A stretch of DNA of 64,000 nt from Rhynchopus sp. YZ270_cl-10 (Eukaryota): assembly GCA_964035575.1 (NCBI GenBank), contig OZ037838.1, forward strand, positions 1,612,001 to 1,676,000, in the 5' to 3' direction. A program made the position numbers and the translations under genes. Positions 11,979 through 24,964 of the stretch are shown in pieces (the first letter of the stretch is position 1; the number at the start of each line of letters is the position of its first letter). Under the pieces are notes generated by a model. The model searched no databases. It saw only the letters and a program-made list of their open reading frames with translations, and was not told where the DNA came from.

Positions 11979-13109
11979 ATGGATGTGACCTTTGTGCTGG
12001 AAGAGTCAGGCGTGACTGCGACAGTGGAGGTGCCGTGCGAGGCGGACGTTGCAGCGGCAAAGGAGATTGCGTGCACGGCGCTTTCTGTCTCGCCTGCGTC
12101 TGTCGAGATGCGCATCGGCACGCAGGTGCTGGAGGGGACGTGCCGTCTGCAGGACACTGCGTTTGATGCAGGGGTGCAGGTTGTGCTTGCCCGCCGCTTT
12201 GCTGACATCAAGTGTCCTGCTGAGTACAATGTAGAGGTGCCCACTGGTGGACAGGGGCTGGATCTGATTCGTTTTTCGCTGCCTCCTTGTGGAGCACTCT
12301 GCCTCTTTACACATAAGGAAGGCTATTTCACCGTCCTCGATACAGAAACCTTCAGCCCTGCCTTCAAGTTCACAGTAGACGTTAGTGTGTGCGGTCCGCC
12401 TGCCATCTCACGGTGCAAGACACGCTGCTATCTGCCGTGTAGGGATGGTGTGCACGAGGTTGCGCTTCCGGGTGGGAATGTGCTCCGCAAACTCGACGGC
12501 CCCTCGTACTTAGTCTTCGCGTGTGGTGGTGTTGTTGTCTCCCAAGGCAAAGACGGCGTCTCTGTGTATGACGAAGACCTGACGTTGCTCCGCACTCTCT
12601 CGCACGAAGGGTGCAACCTGTGGGGCGGGAGCATGGCAGTGTCGGACTGTGGTGGGTGGGTGATCACTTCCTCCCTCAGTGAGATGAATGCACATCTGTG
12701 GGATGTGAACACAGGTGAAGATGTGGCATGTGTGCCTATGTCAAGGTGCATTGTAGCGCTGTCAAGGTCTGCCTCTGTCTTTGCTGTGGTGGACAATGTG
12801 GATGGGGCACGGAGTGTGCAGCTCTACGACTGGAGTGGTACGGCTCTTCAGAACGCCACTATGTCTGGACGTGCGGTTGGCCTGCAATTCACCCCGTGTG
12901 GGAAGTACCTTGTGGTCCGTGTACAAGAGTATGGAGCAGTATATGGAGAGCTGCACCAGTACGATGTGGCGACCATGTCCTGTGTACTTGTGATCCCTGA
13001 TGCTACCGGTGCGTCATTTACGATATCACCGTGTTCACGTGTGGTTGTGTTTGTATCATCCAACAACGCCACTATTGCGACAAGACATCTGCACCCCCAC
13101 AACGAGTGA
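11979..13109 (+). CDS. UBL-beta-propeller family copy 5
   Basis: Intact ORF with all family motifs. Confidence 0.85.
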   Translation: MDVTFVLEESGVTATVEVPCEADVAAAKEIACTALSVSPASVEMRIGTQVLEGTCRLQDTAFDAGVQVVLARRFADIKCPAEYNVEVPTGGQGLDLIRFSLPPCGALCLFTHKEGYFTVLDTETFSPAFKFTVDVSVCGPPAISRCKTRCYLPCRDGVHEVALPGGNVLRKLDGPSYLVFACGGVVVSQGKDGVSVYDEDLTLLRTLSHEGCNLWGGSMAVSDCGGWVITSSLSEMNAHLWDVNTGEDVACVPMSRCIVALSRSASVFAVVDNVDGARSVQLYDWSGTALQNATMSGRAVGLQFTPCGKYLVVRVQEYGAVYGELHQYDVATMSCVLVIPDATGASFTISPCSRVVVFVSSNNATIATRHLHPHNE

Positions 13110-13543
13110 TGTTTATGCTTTGGCACCATGTGAAATGGGTGTGGTGACTTGCCCCCTTGTATACCGTGGAGGCGGAAGAACTGGTGTCGTCAACAGAAGC
13201 CTGCGTCTTGCCACCACACACCTATCCAGTGATGGCAGATCTGCATCCACGAGCAAGACACCGCAGACCACCTTGTCGCAGCCGAACACCACATTGCCTC
13301 CCGCCAGGCCGCCCTCGTCGCCCTCCACACAGAGATGTGCGCCATGGTGAGACCTATTCATGTGCTCACTGCCGTTCATTTTTGTCCTGTACCCCAGAAC
13401 TTCTACCCCAACCCAAAACAATATGTTCAAAAAACGACCCCCATCCCTCGTCCCTTCTTTCCACGTGTCCACCCTCTCAGCTCCTTCAACTGTCCACTAA
13501 ACAGAACATTCAATTGCATCACACCAACAGAACTCTTGAAACA

Positions 13544-14683
13544 ATGATGGATGTGACCTTTGTGCTGGAAGAGTCAGGCGTGACTGCGACAGTGGAGGTG
13601 CCGTGCGAAGCAAACGTTGCAGCGGCAAAGGAGGTTGCGTGCACGGCGCTTGCTGTCTCGCCTGCGTCTGTCGAGATGCGCATCGGCACGCAGGTGCTGG
13701 AGGGGACGTGCCGTCTGCAGGACACTGCGTTTGATGCAGGAGTGCAGGTTGTGCTTGCCCGCCCTCGCTTTGCCGACATCAAGTGTCCTGCTGAGTACAG
13801 TGTAGAGTCGCCACCTGGAAGGCCAACTGGTGGGCATCGGAAGAATCTGAATCGTTTAACGCTGTCTCCTTGTGGAGCACTCTGCCTCTTTACACAGAGG
13901 CCAGGTCATGTGACAGGCTTCGATACAGAAACCTTCAACCCTGCCTTCAAGTTCGAAGTAGACCTCGAGGTGCGCGGTGTGCCTGCCATCTCACGGTGCA
14001 AGACACGCTGCTACCTGCCGTGCTGGGAAGGTATGTACGAGGTTGCGCTTCCGGGTGGGAATGTGCTCCGCAAAGTCGATGGCCCCTCCTCCTCAGTGTT
14101 CGCGTGTGGCGGTGTTGTTGTATCCCTTGGCGAAAGGAGCGTCTCTGTGTATGACGAAGACCTGACGTTGCTCCACACTCTCTCGCACAAGGGGTGCGCC
14201 CAGTGGTGCGGGAACGTGGTAGTCTCTGACTGTGGTGGGTGGATAATCACCCCCTCCCTCAGTGAGATGAATGCACGTCTGTGGGATGTGAACACAGGTG
14301 AAGATGTGGCATGTGTGCCTGCGGATGGGAGTCATGTAGCGCTTTCACGGTGTGCCTCTGTCTTTGCTGTGGTGTGCTCTGACAAAGTGCAGCTCTACGA
14401 CTGGAGTGGTGCGGCTCTTGGCAGCTGTGAAAAGGAGCAGTCTCGCGTCTGTGCCGTGCAGTTCACTCCATGTGGGAAGTACGTCGTTGTTGACTTTGTA
14501 CGTGGTGAACTATTTTGTGAAGAGTACACTCTGCACCAGTATGATGTGGCGACCATGTCCTGTGTGCGTACGTTCCCGGACGTCGCTCCCTTGGCATTTG
14601 CGATATCGCCGTGTTCACGTGTGGTACTATTTACGAACTTGGGACGAGACACTATTGTGACGAGGCATCTGTACCCCTACTGA
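13544..14683 (+). CDS. UBL-beta-propeller family copy 6
   Basis: Intact ORF; start placed at the family ATG. Confidence 0.85.
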   Translation: MMDVTFVLEESGVTATVEVPCEANVAAAKEVACTALAVSPASVEMRIGTQVLEGTCRLQDTAFDAGVQVVLARPRFADIKCPAEYSVESPPGRPTGGHRKNLNRLTLSPCGALCLFTQRPGHVTGFDTETFNPAFKFEVDLEVRGVPAISRCKTRCYLPCWEGMYEVALPGGNVLRKVDGPSSSVFACGGVVVSLGERSVSVYDEDLTLLHTLSHKGCAQWCGNVVVSDCGGWIITPSLSEMNARLWDVNTGEDVACVPADGSHVALSRCASVFAVVCSDKVQLYDWSGAALGSCEKEQSRVCAVQFTPCGKYVVVDFVRGELFCEEYTLHQYDVATMSCVRTFPDVAPLAFAISPCSRVVLFTNLGRDTIVTRHLYPY

Positions 14684-15191
14684 GTGATGTTTTGCGAGAG
14701 GTTGTGTTTGTGCAGCTTCTCGCAGGCCGTCCACCCCAGAAGCACCTCCTCGCTGTCGCTGGGCAATTGCATCAGTGTTCGTTTCACTCCCCCCTGAATG
14801 CGTATCGCACTCTACCTCGCTACTACATTCATGTAAGGAGGATTGGCCTGGAAGGTGCTCCACATAGCTGCTCTTAAGGGTCGTGGTGGTCTATGTGAGG
14901 TGCGTTCATTGTTGCGAAGGTGTCTCGGGGGAGATGTGTTCCGTATTGTGAACACCTGAAGTGTCAAATGAAGAATAGCACCGCACCCACCTCGTACCTC
15001 CCTCTCGTAGCCTTCTAGCCTGTGAGGGAATTCAGTTTCAGATATCTTGAGGATAACTTTATCTTTTTTTACTCGTTAAAACCCTCTTCTGTTGGTGGAA
15101 ACTACAGACACAACGAAACCATCGCAATGACACAAAACAACCCACACCTCATCTCCTCCCAACAGAGGTGGAACAAGAAGAAGACAAAACA

Positions 15192-16349
15192 ATGGATGTG
15201 ACCTTTGTGCTGGAAGAGTCAGGAGTGACTGCGACAGTGGAGGTGCCGTGCGAGGCGGACGTTGCAGCGGCAAAGGAGGTTGCGTGCACGGCGCTTGCTG
15301 TCTCGCCTGCGTCTGTCGAGATGCGCATCGGCACGCAGGTGCTGGAGGGGACGTGCCGTCTGCAGGACACTGCGTTTGATGCAGGGGTGCAGGTTGTGCT
15401 TGCCCGCCGCTTTGCTGACATCAAGTGTCCTGCTGTGCACAGTCTGTCGGAAAACTTTCGTAACTTGCGTAACTCCTCGTTGTCTCCTTGTGGAACGCTC
15501 TGTCTCTATTTCCACTCGAAAGATTACAATATCTGTGCCGGCGTCGGCTTTGACACAGAAACCTTCGAGACTGCCTTCAAGTTTGAAATCGTACTTGGTG
15601 GGCTTGGTCCAGCTGCCATCTCACGGTGCAAGACACACTGCTACATGGCATTTAGGCATTATCTTGCTAAGGTTGCCCTTCCGGGTGGGGAGGTGGTCCG
15701 CAAAGTCGAAGGCCTCTCGACGTCGGTGTTCGCGTCTGGCGGTGTTGTTGTCTCGCAGGGCACAGCTGGCGTCTCTGTGTATGACGAAGACCTGACGTTG
15801 CTCCGCACTCTCTCGCACGAAGGGTGCAACGAGGGGACCGACGTGGCAGTCTCTGACTGTGGTGGGTGGGTGATCACCTCCTCCTTCACGGAGCAAAACG
15901 CACGTCTGTGGGATGTGAACACAGGTGAAGCTGTGGCATGTGTGCCTGCGGATGGGTGGGGTGCAGTGGCGCTTTCACGGTCTGCCTCTGTCTTTGCTGT
16001 GAAGTGGTCTGGCAAAGTGCAGCTCTATGACTGGAGTGGTGCGGCTCTTGGCAGCTTTGCAAAGGAGCAGTCTCGCGTCTTTGCCGTGCAGTTCACTCCG
16101 TGTGGGAAGTACGTCGTTGCTGGGTCTGTGAGTGGTGAGTATGACGGTTCTGAAGAGTGCACCCTGCACCAGTATGATGTGGCGACCATGTCCTGTGTCC
16201 ATGTGATACCAAATGCCAACCAAGCTATGTTTGCGATATCGCCGTGTTCACATGTGGTTTTGTTTGAGTCAGGAGAAAGTGACGACCTTGTGTCACAGCA
16301 TCTGTACCCCTACTTGAGTGATGTTTCGGAAGAAAACAGAGAAGAGTAG
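15192..16349 (+). CDS. UBL-beta-propeller family copy 7
   Basis: Intact ORF with a short C-terminal extension LSDVSEENREE. Confidence 0.85.
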   Translation: MDVTFVLEESGVTATVEVPCEADVAAAKEVACTALAVSPASVEMRIGTQVLEGTCRLQDTAFDAGVQVVLARRFADIKCPAVHSLSENFRNLRNSSLSPCGTLCLYFHSKDYNICAGVGFDTETFETAFKFEIVLGGLGPAAISRCKTHCYMAFRHYLAKVALPGGEVVRKVEGLSTSVFASGGVVVSQGTAGVSVYDEDLTLLRTLSHEGCNEGTDVAVSDCGGWVITSSFTEQNARLWDVNTGEAVACVPADGWGAVALSRSASVFAVKWSGKVQLYDWSGAALGSFAKEQSRVFAVQFTPCGKYVVAGSVSGEYDGSEECTLHQYDVATMSCVHVIPNANQAMFAISPCSHVVLFESGESDDLVSQHLYPYLSDVSEENREE

Positions 16350-16766
16350 CCCTCATGAGCACAACAGCGTGCAGCTCTATGATTGTAGCAGTGCGGCTCT
16401 TTGCAGCTTTGATGAAGCATGGGCACGTCTGGACGCGTATCCTCCTCTCACCCGTACTTCAGGACGCGCGTTTTGGGGGTTTTCGGGACTTTTGGGGTTT
16501 GAAAAAAAAGGATGAACGGAAGAAACTACTGATGGACTGAGCGATCAACAAACAATGAATAAATAAAGATGGGAGGTATTTCATTTTTATATTTTGCGGG
16601 TAACGACACACCACAGTATTCCTCACTTCACTTTTTTATTGTTCAAACCCTCGTTTGTTCTGTGCTGGTAGAATTGACAACAACGAAAACATCACAAACA
16701 CACAAAACAAAGCAACCCACACCTCATCTCCTCCCAACAGAGGTGGAACAAGAAGAAGACAACACA

Positions 16767-17326
16767 ATGGATGTGACCTTTGTGCTGGAAGAGTCAGGCG
16801 TGACTGCGACAGTGGAGGTGCCGTGCGAGGCGGACGTTGCAGCGGCAAAGGAGGTTGCGTGCACGGCGCTTGCTGTCTCGCCTGCGTCTGTCAAGATGCG
16901 CATCGGCACGCAGGTGCTGGAGGGGACGTGCCGTCTGCAGGACACTGCGTTTGATGCAGGGGTGCAGGTTGTGCTTGCCCGCCGCTTTGCCGACATCAAG
17001 TGTCCTGCTGAGTACACTGTACCACCGCATACGGAACACTTTTTTTTGTCGCTGTCTTCTTGTGGAACACTTTGCGTTTATTCCCATAATGGCGTGTCCA
17101 CGCGTGTTGGTGGCTTCAACACGGAAACCTTCGAGACTGCGTTTGAGTTGGAAATCGATTTATCTGGTCGAGGTCCGCCTGTCATCTCTCGATGCAAGAC
17201 ACGCTGCTACATGGCGTGCAAGGAAGGTCTGCACGAGGTTGCGCTTCCGGGTGGGGAGGTGCTCCGCAAAGTCGACGGCAACTCAATAGCAGTGTTCGCG
17301 TGTGGTGGTGTTGTTGTCTCCCAAGG
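16767..17326 (+). pseudogene. Family copy 8, 5' half (interrupted by element A)
   Basis: Breaks at VVVSQG and resumes as EDGVSVYDED at 42121. Confidence 0.92.
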
Positions 17327-17800
17327 TAGGGGGTCTCCTGGTCAGTACATTAGCTGTCCGAAAAATTAGTAAATAAATAAAAAATGCTCTATGTGCTCAG
17401 AAACGGCACAGGGGTCCCCCAGAAAACATTTTCTGCACAATTCGTCACAACCCGCACTGGATTAGTGCCTTTTTTTGGGCCTAAAATTCAAAAATTCAAA
17501 AATGGCTTTGTACAAGGGCGTTTTTTGCGTGTTTTTTCATGATTTTTCAAAGTCGCCAAAAATCATGTAAAATACGGCTTCCCACCCAACATTCTCCCCA
17601 CAGCGTCGTTCTGACACCCATATGCCCCAAAAAAACAGGTTTTTTTATATTTTTTTCCACACCCAATGCATCATAAAAAATACACATTTCCACCAAACTC
17701 TACTAACCCACCGCACCCACAGAAAAATTTCTTAACTATGTGTACCTAAGTGTTCAAAGCGACGCGTTTTTAAAAAAAAGTAAAACAAAATCATAAAAAA

Positions 17801-17880
17801 TGGGGTAAAACGCCACCTGGGGTCACAAGGCCCAGGCTCCTACCTTTACAGGTAGGGGAGCTGTTGAGTGACCCATCGGA
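17801..17880. promoter_or_regulatory. Conserved 80-bp structured block preceding each 122-bp array (also 24861-24940 and 26885-26964)
   Basis: Near-identical in A, B and C; GGGTCAC/GTGACCC outer stem and CCTACCT-TTAC-AGGTAGG hairpin; function unknown. Confidence 0.5.
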
Positions 17881-17909
17881 AAATGGGTCAATGTCTATTC
17901 ATGAAATCT

Positions 17910-20900
17910 TTTGAGCCGTACTGTATTGTGCCAATTGGTCGCCAGCTAAAATGTCACTAATCAAACCAGTCTTTACATCTGTAACCTGTCTTATGGGTGC
18001 ATGCTGCGTGCGCTGGCTGCAATTGCGATATTTTGAGTCGAATTATATTGTACTAATTGGTCGCCAGCTAAAATGTCACTATTCGAACCAGTTCTGTCTT
18101 CTGTAACGTGTGTTATGGGTGTATGCTGCGTGCGCTGGCTGCAATTGCGATATTTTGATTCAAATTGTATTGTACTAATTGGTCGCCAGCTAAAATGTCA
18201 CTATTCGAACCAGTTCTCACATCTGTAACCTGTCTTATGGGTGTATGCTGCGTGCGCTGGCTGCAATTGCGATATTTTGAGTCGAATTATATTGTACTAA
18301 TTGGTCGCCAGCTAAAATGTCACTATTCGAACCAGTTCTCACATCTGTAACCTGTCTTATGGGTGCATGCTGCGTGCGCTGGCTGCAATTGCGATATTTT
18401 GAGTCGAATTATATTGTACTAATTGGTCGCCAGCTAAAATGTCACTATTCGAACCAGTTCTCACATCTGTAACCTGTCTTATGGGTGTATGCTGCGTGCG
18501 CTGGCTGCAATTGCGATATTTTGAGTCGAATTATATTGTACTAATTGGTCGCCAGCTAAAATGTCACTATTCGAACCAGTTCTCACATCTGTAACCTGTC
18601 TTATGGGTGCATGCTGCGTGCGCTGGCTGCAATTGCGATATTTTGAGTCGAATTATATTGTACTAATTGGTCGCCAGCTAAAATGTCACTATTCGAACCA
18701 GTTCTGTCTTCTGTAACGTGTGTTATGGGTGTATGCTGCGTGCGCTGGCTGCAATTGCGATATTTTGATTCAAATTGTATTGTACTAATTGGTCGCCAGC
18801 TAAAATGTCACTATTCGAACCAGTTCTCACATCTGTAACCTGTCTTATGGGTGCATGCTGCGTGCGCTGGCTGCAATTGCGATATTTTGATTCAAATTGT
18901 ATTGTACTAATTGGTCGCCAGCTAAAATGTCACTATTCGAACCAGTTCTCACATCTGTAACCTGTCTTATGGGTGCATGCTGCGTGCGCTGGCTGCAATT
19001 GCGATATTTTGAGTCGAATTATATTGTACTAATTGGTCGCCAGCTAAAATGTCACTATTCGAACCAGTTCTGTCTTCTGTAACGTGTGTTATGGGTGTAT
19101 GCTGCGTGCGCTGGCTGCAATTGCGATATTTTGATTCAAATTGTATTGTACTAATTGGTCGCCAGCTAAAATGTCACTATTCGAACCAGTTCTCACATCT
19201 GTAACCTGTCTTATGGGTGCATGCTGCGTGCGCTGGCTGCAATAGTGATATATAGATTCAAATTGTAATGTACTAATTGGTCGCCAGCTAAAATGTCACT
19301 ATTCGAACCAGTTCTGTCTTCTGTAACCTGTCTTACGGGTGCATGCTGCGTGCGCTGGCTGTAATTGCGATACTTTGAGTCAGATTGTATTGTACTAATT
19401 GGTCGCCAGCTAAAATGTCACTATTCGACCTAGTTCTCACATCTGTAACGTGTCTTATGGGTGTATGCTGCGTGCGCTGGCTGCAATAGTGATATATAGA
19501 TTCAAATTGTAATGTACTAATTGGTCGCCAGCTAAAATGTCACTATTCGAACCAGTTCTCACATCTGTAACCTGTCTTATGGGTGCATGCTGCGTGCGCT
19601 GGCTGTAATTGCGATATTTTGAGTCGAATTGTATTGTACTAATTGGTCGCCAGCTAAAATGTCACTATTCGAACCAGTTCTCACATCTGTAACGTGTCTT
19701 ATGGGTGTATGCTGCGTGCGCTGGCTGCAATAGTGATATATAGATTCAAATTGTAATGTACTAATTGGTCGCCAGCTAAAATGTCACTATTCGAACCAGT
19801 TCTCACATCTGTAACCTGTCTTATGGGTGCATGCTGCGTGCGCTGGCTGCAATTGCGATATTTTGAGTCGAATTGTATTGTACTAATTGGTCGCCAGCTA
19901 AAATGTCACTATTCGAACCAGTTCTGTCTTCTGTAACGTGTGTTATGGGTGTATGCTGCGTGCGCTGGCTGCAATTGCGATATTTTGAGCCGAATTGTAT
20001 TGTACTAATTGGTCGCCAGCTAAAATGTCACTATTCGAACCAGTTCTCACATCTGTAACGTGTCTTATGGGTGCATGCTGCGTGCGCTGGCTGCAATTGC
20101 GATATTTTGAGTCAAATTGTAATGTACTAATTGGTCGCCAGCTAAAATGTCACTATTCGAACCAGTTCTGTCTTCTGTAACGTGTGTTATGGGTGTATGC
20201 TGCGTGCGCTGGCTGCAATTGCGATATTTTGAGCCGAATTGTATTGTACTAATTGGTCGCCAGCTAAAATGTCACTATTCGAACCAGTTCTGTCTTCTGT
20301 AACGTGTGTTATGGGTGTATGCTGCGTGCGCTGGCTGCAATTGCGATATTTTGAGTCGAATTGTATTGTACTAATTGGTCGCCAGCTAAAATGTCACTAT
20401 TCGAACCAGTTCTGTCTTCTGTAACGTGTCTTATGGGTGTATGCTGCGTGCGCTGGCTGCAATTGCGATATTTTGATTCAAATTGTATTGTGCTAATTGG
20501 TCGCCAGCCAAAATGTCACTTTTCGAACCAGTTCTTAGATCTGTATCCTGTCTTATGGGTGCATGCTGCGTGCGCTGGCTGCAATAGTGATATATAGATT
20601 CAAATTGTAATGTACTAATTGGTCGCCAGCTAAAATGTCACTATTCGAACCAGTTCTGTCTTCTGTAACCTGTCTTATGGGTGCATGCTGCGTGCGCTGG
20701 CTGTAATTGCGATACTTTGAGTCAGATTGTATTGTACTAATTGGTCGCCAGCTAAAATGTCACTATTCGACCTAGTTCTCACATCTGTAACGTGTCTTAT
20801 GGGTGTATGCTGCGTGCGCTGGCTGCACTTGCAATATTTTGAGTCAGATTGTATTGTACTAATTGCTCGCCAGCTAAAATGTGACTATTCGAACTAGTTC

Positions 20901-23065
20901 TGTCTTCTGTAACGTGTCTTATGGGTGTATGCTGCGTGCGCTGGCTGCACTTGCAATATTTTGAGTCAGATTGTATTGTACTAATTGGTCGCCAGCTAAA
21001 ATGTGACTATTCGAACTAGTTCTGTCTTCTGTAACGTGTCTTATGGGTGTATGCTGCGTGCGCTGGCTGCACTTGCAATATTTTGAGTCAGATTCTATTG
21101 TACTAATTGGTCGCCAGCTAAAATGTCACTATTCGAACCAGTTCTGTCTTCTGTTACCTGTCTTATGGGTGTATGCTGCGTGCGCTGGCTGCACTTGCAA
21201 TATTTTGAGTCAGATTGTATTGTACTAATTGGTCGCCAGCTAAAATGTCACTATTCGAACTAGTTCTGTCTTCTGTAACGTGTCTTATGGGTGTATGCTG
21301 CGTGCGCTGTCTGCACTTGCAATATTTTGAGTCAGATTGTATTGTACTAATTGGTCGCCAGCTAAAATGTCACTATTCGAACTAGTTCTGTCTTCTGTTA
21401 CCTGTCTTATGGGTGTATGCTGCGTGCGCTGGCTGCAATTGCGATATTTTGATTCAAATTGTATTGTACTAATTGGTCGCCAGCTAAAATGTCACTATTC
21501 GAACCAGTTCTGTCTTCTGTAACGTGTGTTATGGGTGTATGCTGCGTGCGCTGGCTGCAATTGCGATATTTTGAGCCGAATTGTATTGTACTAATTGGTC
21601 GCCAGCTAAAATGTCACTCTTCGAACCAGTTCTCACATCTGTAACCTGTCTTATGGATGCATGCTGGGTGCGCTGGCTGCAATTGCGATATTTTGATTCA
21701 AATTGTATTGTACTAATTGGTCGCCAGCTAAAATGTCACTATTCGAACTAGTTCTGTCTTCTGTAACGTGTCTTATGGGTGTATGCTGCGTGCGCTGGCT
21801 GCACTTGCAATATTTTGAGTCAGATTGTATTGTACTAATTGGTCGCCAGCTAAAATGTCACTATTCGAACTAGTTCTGTCTTCTGTAACGTGTCTTATGG
21901 GTGTATGCTGCGTGCGCTGGCTGCACTTGCAATATTTTGAGTCAGATTGTATTGTACTAATTGGTCGCCAGCTAAAATGTCACTATTCGAACTAGTTCTG
22001 TCTTCTGTAACGTGTCTTATGGGTGTATGCTGCGTGCGCTGGCTGCAATTGCGATATTTTGAGTCGAATTGTATTGTACTAATTGGTCGCCAGCTAAAAT
22101 GTCACTAATCGAACTAGTTCTCACATCTGTAACCTGTCTTATGGATGCATGCTGCGTGCGCTGGCTCCAATTGAGATATTTCGAGAAGAATTGTATTGTA
22201 CTAATTGGTCGCCAGCTAAAATGTCACTATTTGAACCAGTTCTGTCTTCTGTAACCTGTCTTATGGGTGCATGCTGCGTGCGCTGGCTGCAATTGCGATA
22301 TTTTGAGTCAGATTGTATTGTACTAATTGGTCGCCAGCTAAAATGTCACTAATCGAACTAGTTCTCACATCTGTAACCTGTCTTATGGATGCATGCTGCG
22401 TGCACTGGCTCCAATTGAGATATTTCGAGAAGAATTGTATTGTACTAATTGGTCGCCAGCTAAAATGTCACTATTTGAACCAGTTCTGTCTTCTGTAACG
22501 TGTGTTATGGGTGTATGCTGCGTGCGCTGGCTGCACTTGCGATATTTTGAGTCAGATTGTATTGTACTAATTGGTCGCCAGCTAAAATGTCACTATTTGA
22601 ACCAGTTCTGTCTTCTGTTACCTGTCTTATGGGTGTATATGCTGCGTGCGCTGGCTCCAATTGAGATATTTTGAGAAGAATTGTATTGTACTAATTGGTC
22701 GCCAGCTAAAATGTCACTATTCGAACCAGTTCTCACATCTGTAACCTGTCTTATGGGTGCATGCTGCGTGCGCTGGCTCCAATTGAGATATCTTGAGAAG
22801 AATTGTATTGTACTAATTGGTCGCCAGCTAAAATGTCACTATTCGAACCAGTTCTGTCTTCTGTAACCTGTCTTATGGGTGCATGCTGCGTGCGCTGGCT
22901 ACAATTGAGATATTTTGAGCCGAATTGTATGGTACTAATTGGTCGCCAGCTAAAATGTCACTATTCGAACCAGTTCTCACATCTGTAACCTGTCTTATGG
23001 GTGCATGCTGCGTGCGCTGGCTGCAATTGCGATATTTTGATCCGAATTGTATTGTGCTAATTGGT
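17910..23065. repeat. 122-bp tandem array of element A, ~42 copies
   Basis: CTAATTGGTCGCCAGCTAAAATGTCAC recurs every 122 bp. Confidence 0.96.
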
Positions 23066-23617
23066 TATGAAGGGACGTGTCTTATTCTTGCGGTATATTT
23101 TGGATGATATCGGCTACGCTGCGGTGCTCGCAACAGCTGGGGGTGGTGGTGGAGATGTGATGCAGGTGCTGACATTGAGGTAAAGAACAAGGACGCTGCG
23201 TGTTGAGAAGGTGTCGGTCAGAGCAGATGCGGAAGTGTGTGTCACAGACAACAATCGAAACACATGTCTTACCCTTGCGGCACATCACACCGAGACTGTA
23301 CGCACTCTTCTGTGCCTGCCTGAGGTGGATTGTGTGAATCAGTCAAATACGAGCGGCTTCACTCCACTGCATGGCGCAGTGTCACAGAAACACCCAGATG
23401 TGTCGAAGTTGCTCATTGATGCAGGGGCAGACATCGAAGCCGTTAATTACATAGGCACCTCTTCACTGTGCTTGTGAGGTTGGGGCACTCGAAATTGTGG
23501 AGATGTTGGTGAAAGCAGGTGCGGACGAGAGTGTGGTGGACAACAAGAGTCACACATCTCTCAACATTGCGGCATATCGTGGGCATACCGAGACTGTGCG
23601 CTATCTTGTGGGCTTGC
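23066..23617 (+). pseudogene. Degenerate ankyrin-repeat gene fragment carried inside element A
   Basis: GFTPLHGAVSQKHPDVSKLLIDAGADIE and SLNIAAYRGHTETVRYLVGL motifs; frameshifts; cut by a TIR at 23618. Confidence 0.8.
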
Positions 23618-23860
23618 TAGGGGGTCTCCTGGTCAGTATATTAGCTGTCCGAAAAATTAGTAAATAAATATAAAATGCTCTATGTGCTCAGAAACGGCAT
23701 AACTTGACATGTGTTTATGGAATTGGTCCCGTACCAAGGTGTCTTGTTCGGTGTGATTTGTGCTGAAATGGATAGATTCTGAGGGTAAATGCTGCAAGCG
23801 CTAGGTATTCCGTGACGCAAATAAATTGACATGTGTTTGTGGAATTGGTCCCGTACCACA
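23618..23860 (+). mobile_element. Second, internal left end (A') of the same family, internally deleted
   Basis: ~82 bp almost identical to the end starting at 17327, then ~1.3 units of the C-type 122-bp repeat. Confidence 0.85.
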
Positions 23861-23877
23861 ACCGCAACCGCAATAAT

Positions 23878-24391
23878 TAGGGAAGACGGCTGGCAAGCGG
23901 AAGAGAGATGAGAGTGATGCAGAGAGTGATGCAAAGAAGCAGAAGAAGTCCACTGCAAAGAATGCTGCTGCGAACAGCCAGGGGAAAGAGGAGTCTGCGA
24001 GTGGGGTGAAGCGCAGCAGTGATGACGGCGCCGATGCCGAGTGGCCCGGACTCGATATCGCTATGGCTGTGAGCAAGCAGGAGTCCGCAGGCCCGGCGGC
24101 AGGGACGACACGTGCCAGTGGGTTGCCACATGGAATACAGGATACGGGGTTTCTGCACCAGGAAGAACTTCTGGTGCACAACATGTAGAGGGTTCTCCCC
24201 ATTGCGCTGGACGATGTGGAAGATTCGACCTATGGATTCTCCTCTTTGCACATGGTGGGATACGAAACCTCCTTAGCAGTGTCGCCGCCAGGATTCCAGG
24301 CCAATGATGTGACGTCGCTCACCTCGCGCCCTATCGCAACTCGGGGAGACGGAGCATGTGCGTTGCATGCGTTGCTGGGGAGGCATTTGTT
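23878..24391 (+). pseudogene. OTU-like deubiquitinase cargo gene, 5' part
   Basis: Basic/low-complexity linker, then IATRGDGACALHALLG (OTU GDGxC motif); in-frame stop near 24186; split by element B. Confidence 0.65.
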
Positions 24392-24964
24392 TAGGGGATG
24401 GCTAGCTACCATGAACCCCTGTCCAAAGTATTAATATTTCTCGAAAATTCTCTAAGTACACAGAAAACACACGGGTGTGCCCCAAAACACATTTTTTCCA
24501 GTGTCCCGCAGTGTCCCACCACTTTTTTTCGCTTTTTGTGGGAAAAAAAATACAAAAAAAAATACATGGTTCTGTAGGGGCCGAGTACAATGGCGTTTTT
24601 CACGTGATTTTCATGATTTTTCAAAGTGGCCAAATATCATGTAAAATACTGCCTCCCACCCAACATTCTCTCCACAACGTCGTTCTGACACCCATATGTC
24701 CAAACAAAAGATGTTTTTATATATTTTTTTCCACACCCAGCGTATCATAAAAATGCACATATCCACCAAAATCCACTAACCCACCGCAGGCAAATTTCTT
24801 AACGATGTGTACTTCTGAATTGATGCTGAGGGATTATGCGGCAACCGCTGCGTAGTTCTGTGGGGTAAAACGCCACCTGGGGTCACAAGGCCCAGGCTCC
24901 TACCTTTACAGGTAGGAGAGCTGTTGAGTGACCCATCGGACAATCGTTTGAGGGGTCTTGGTGA

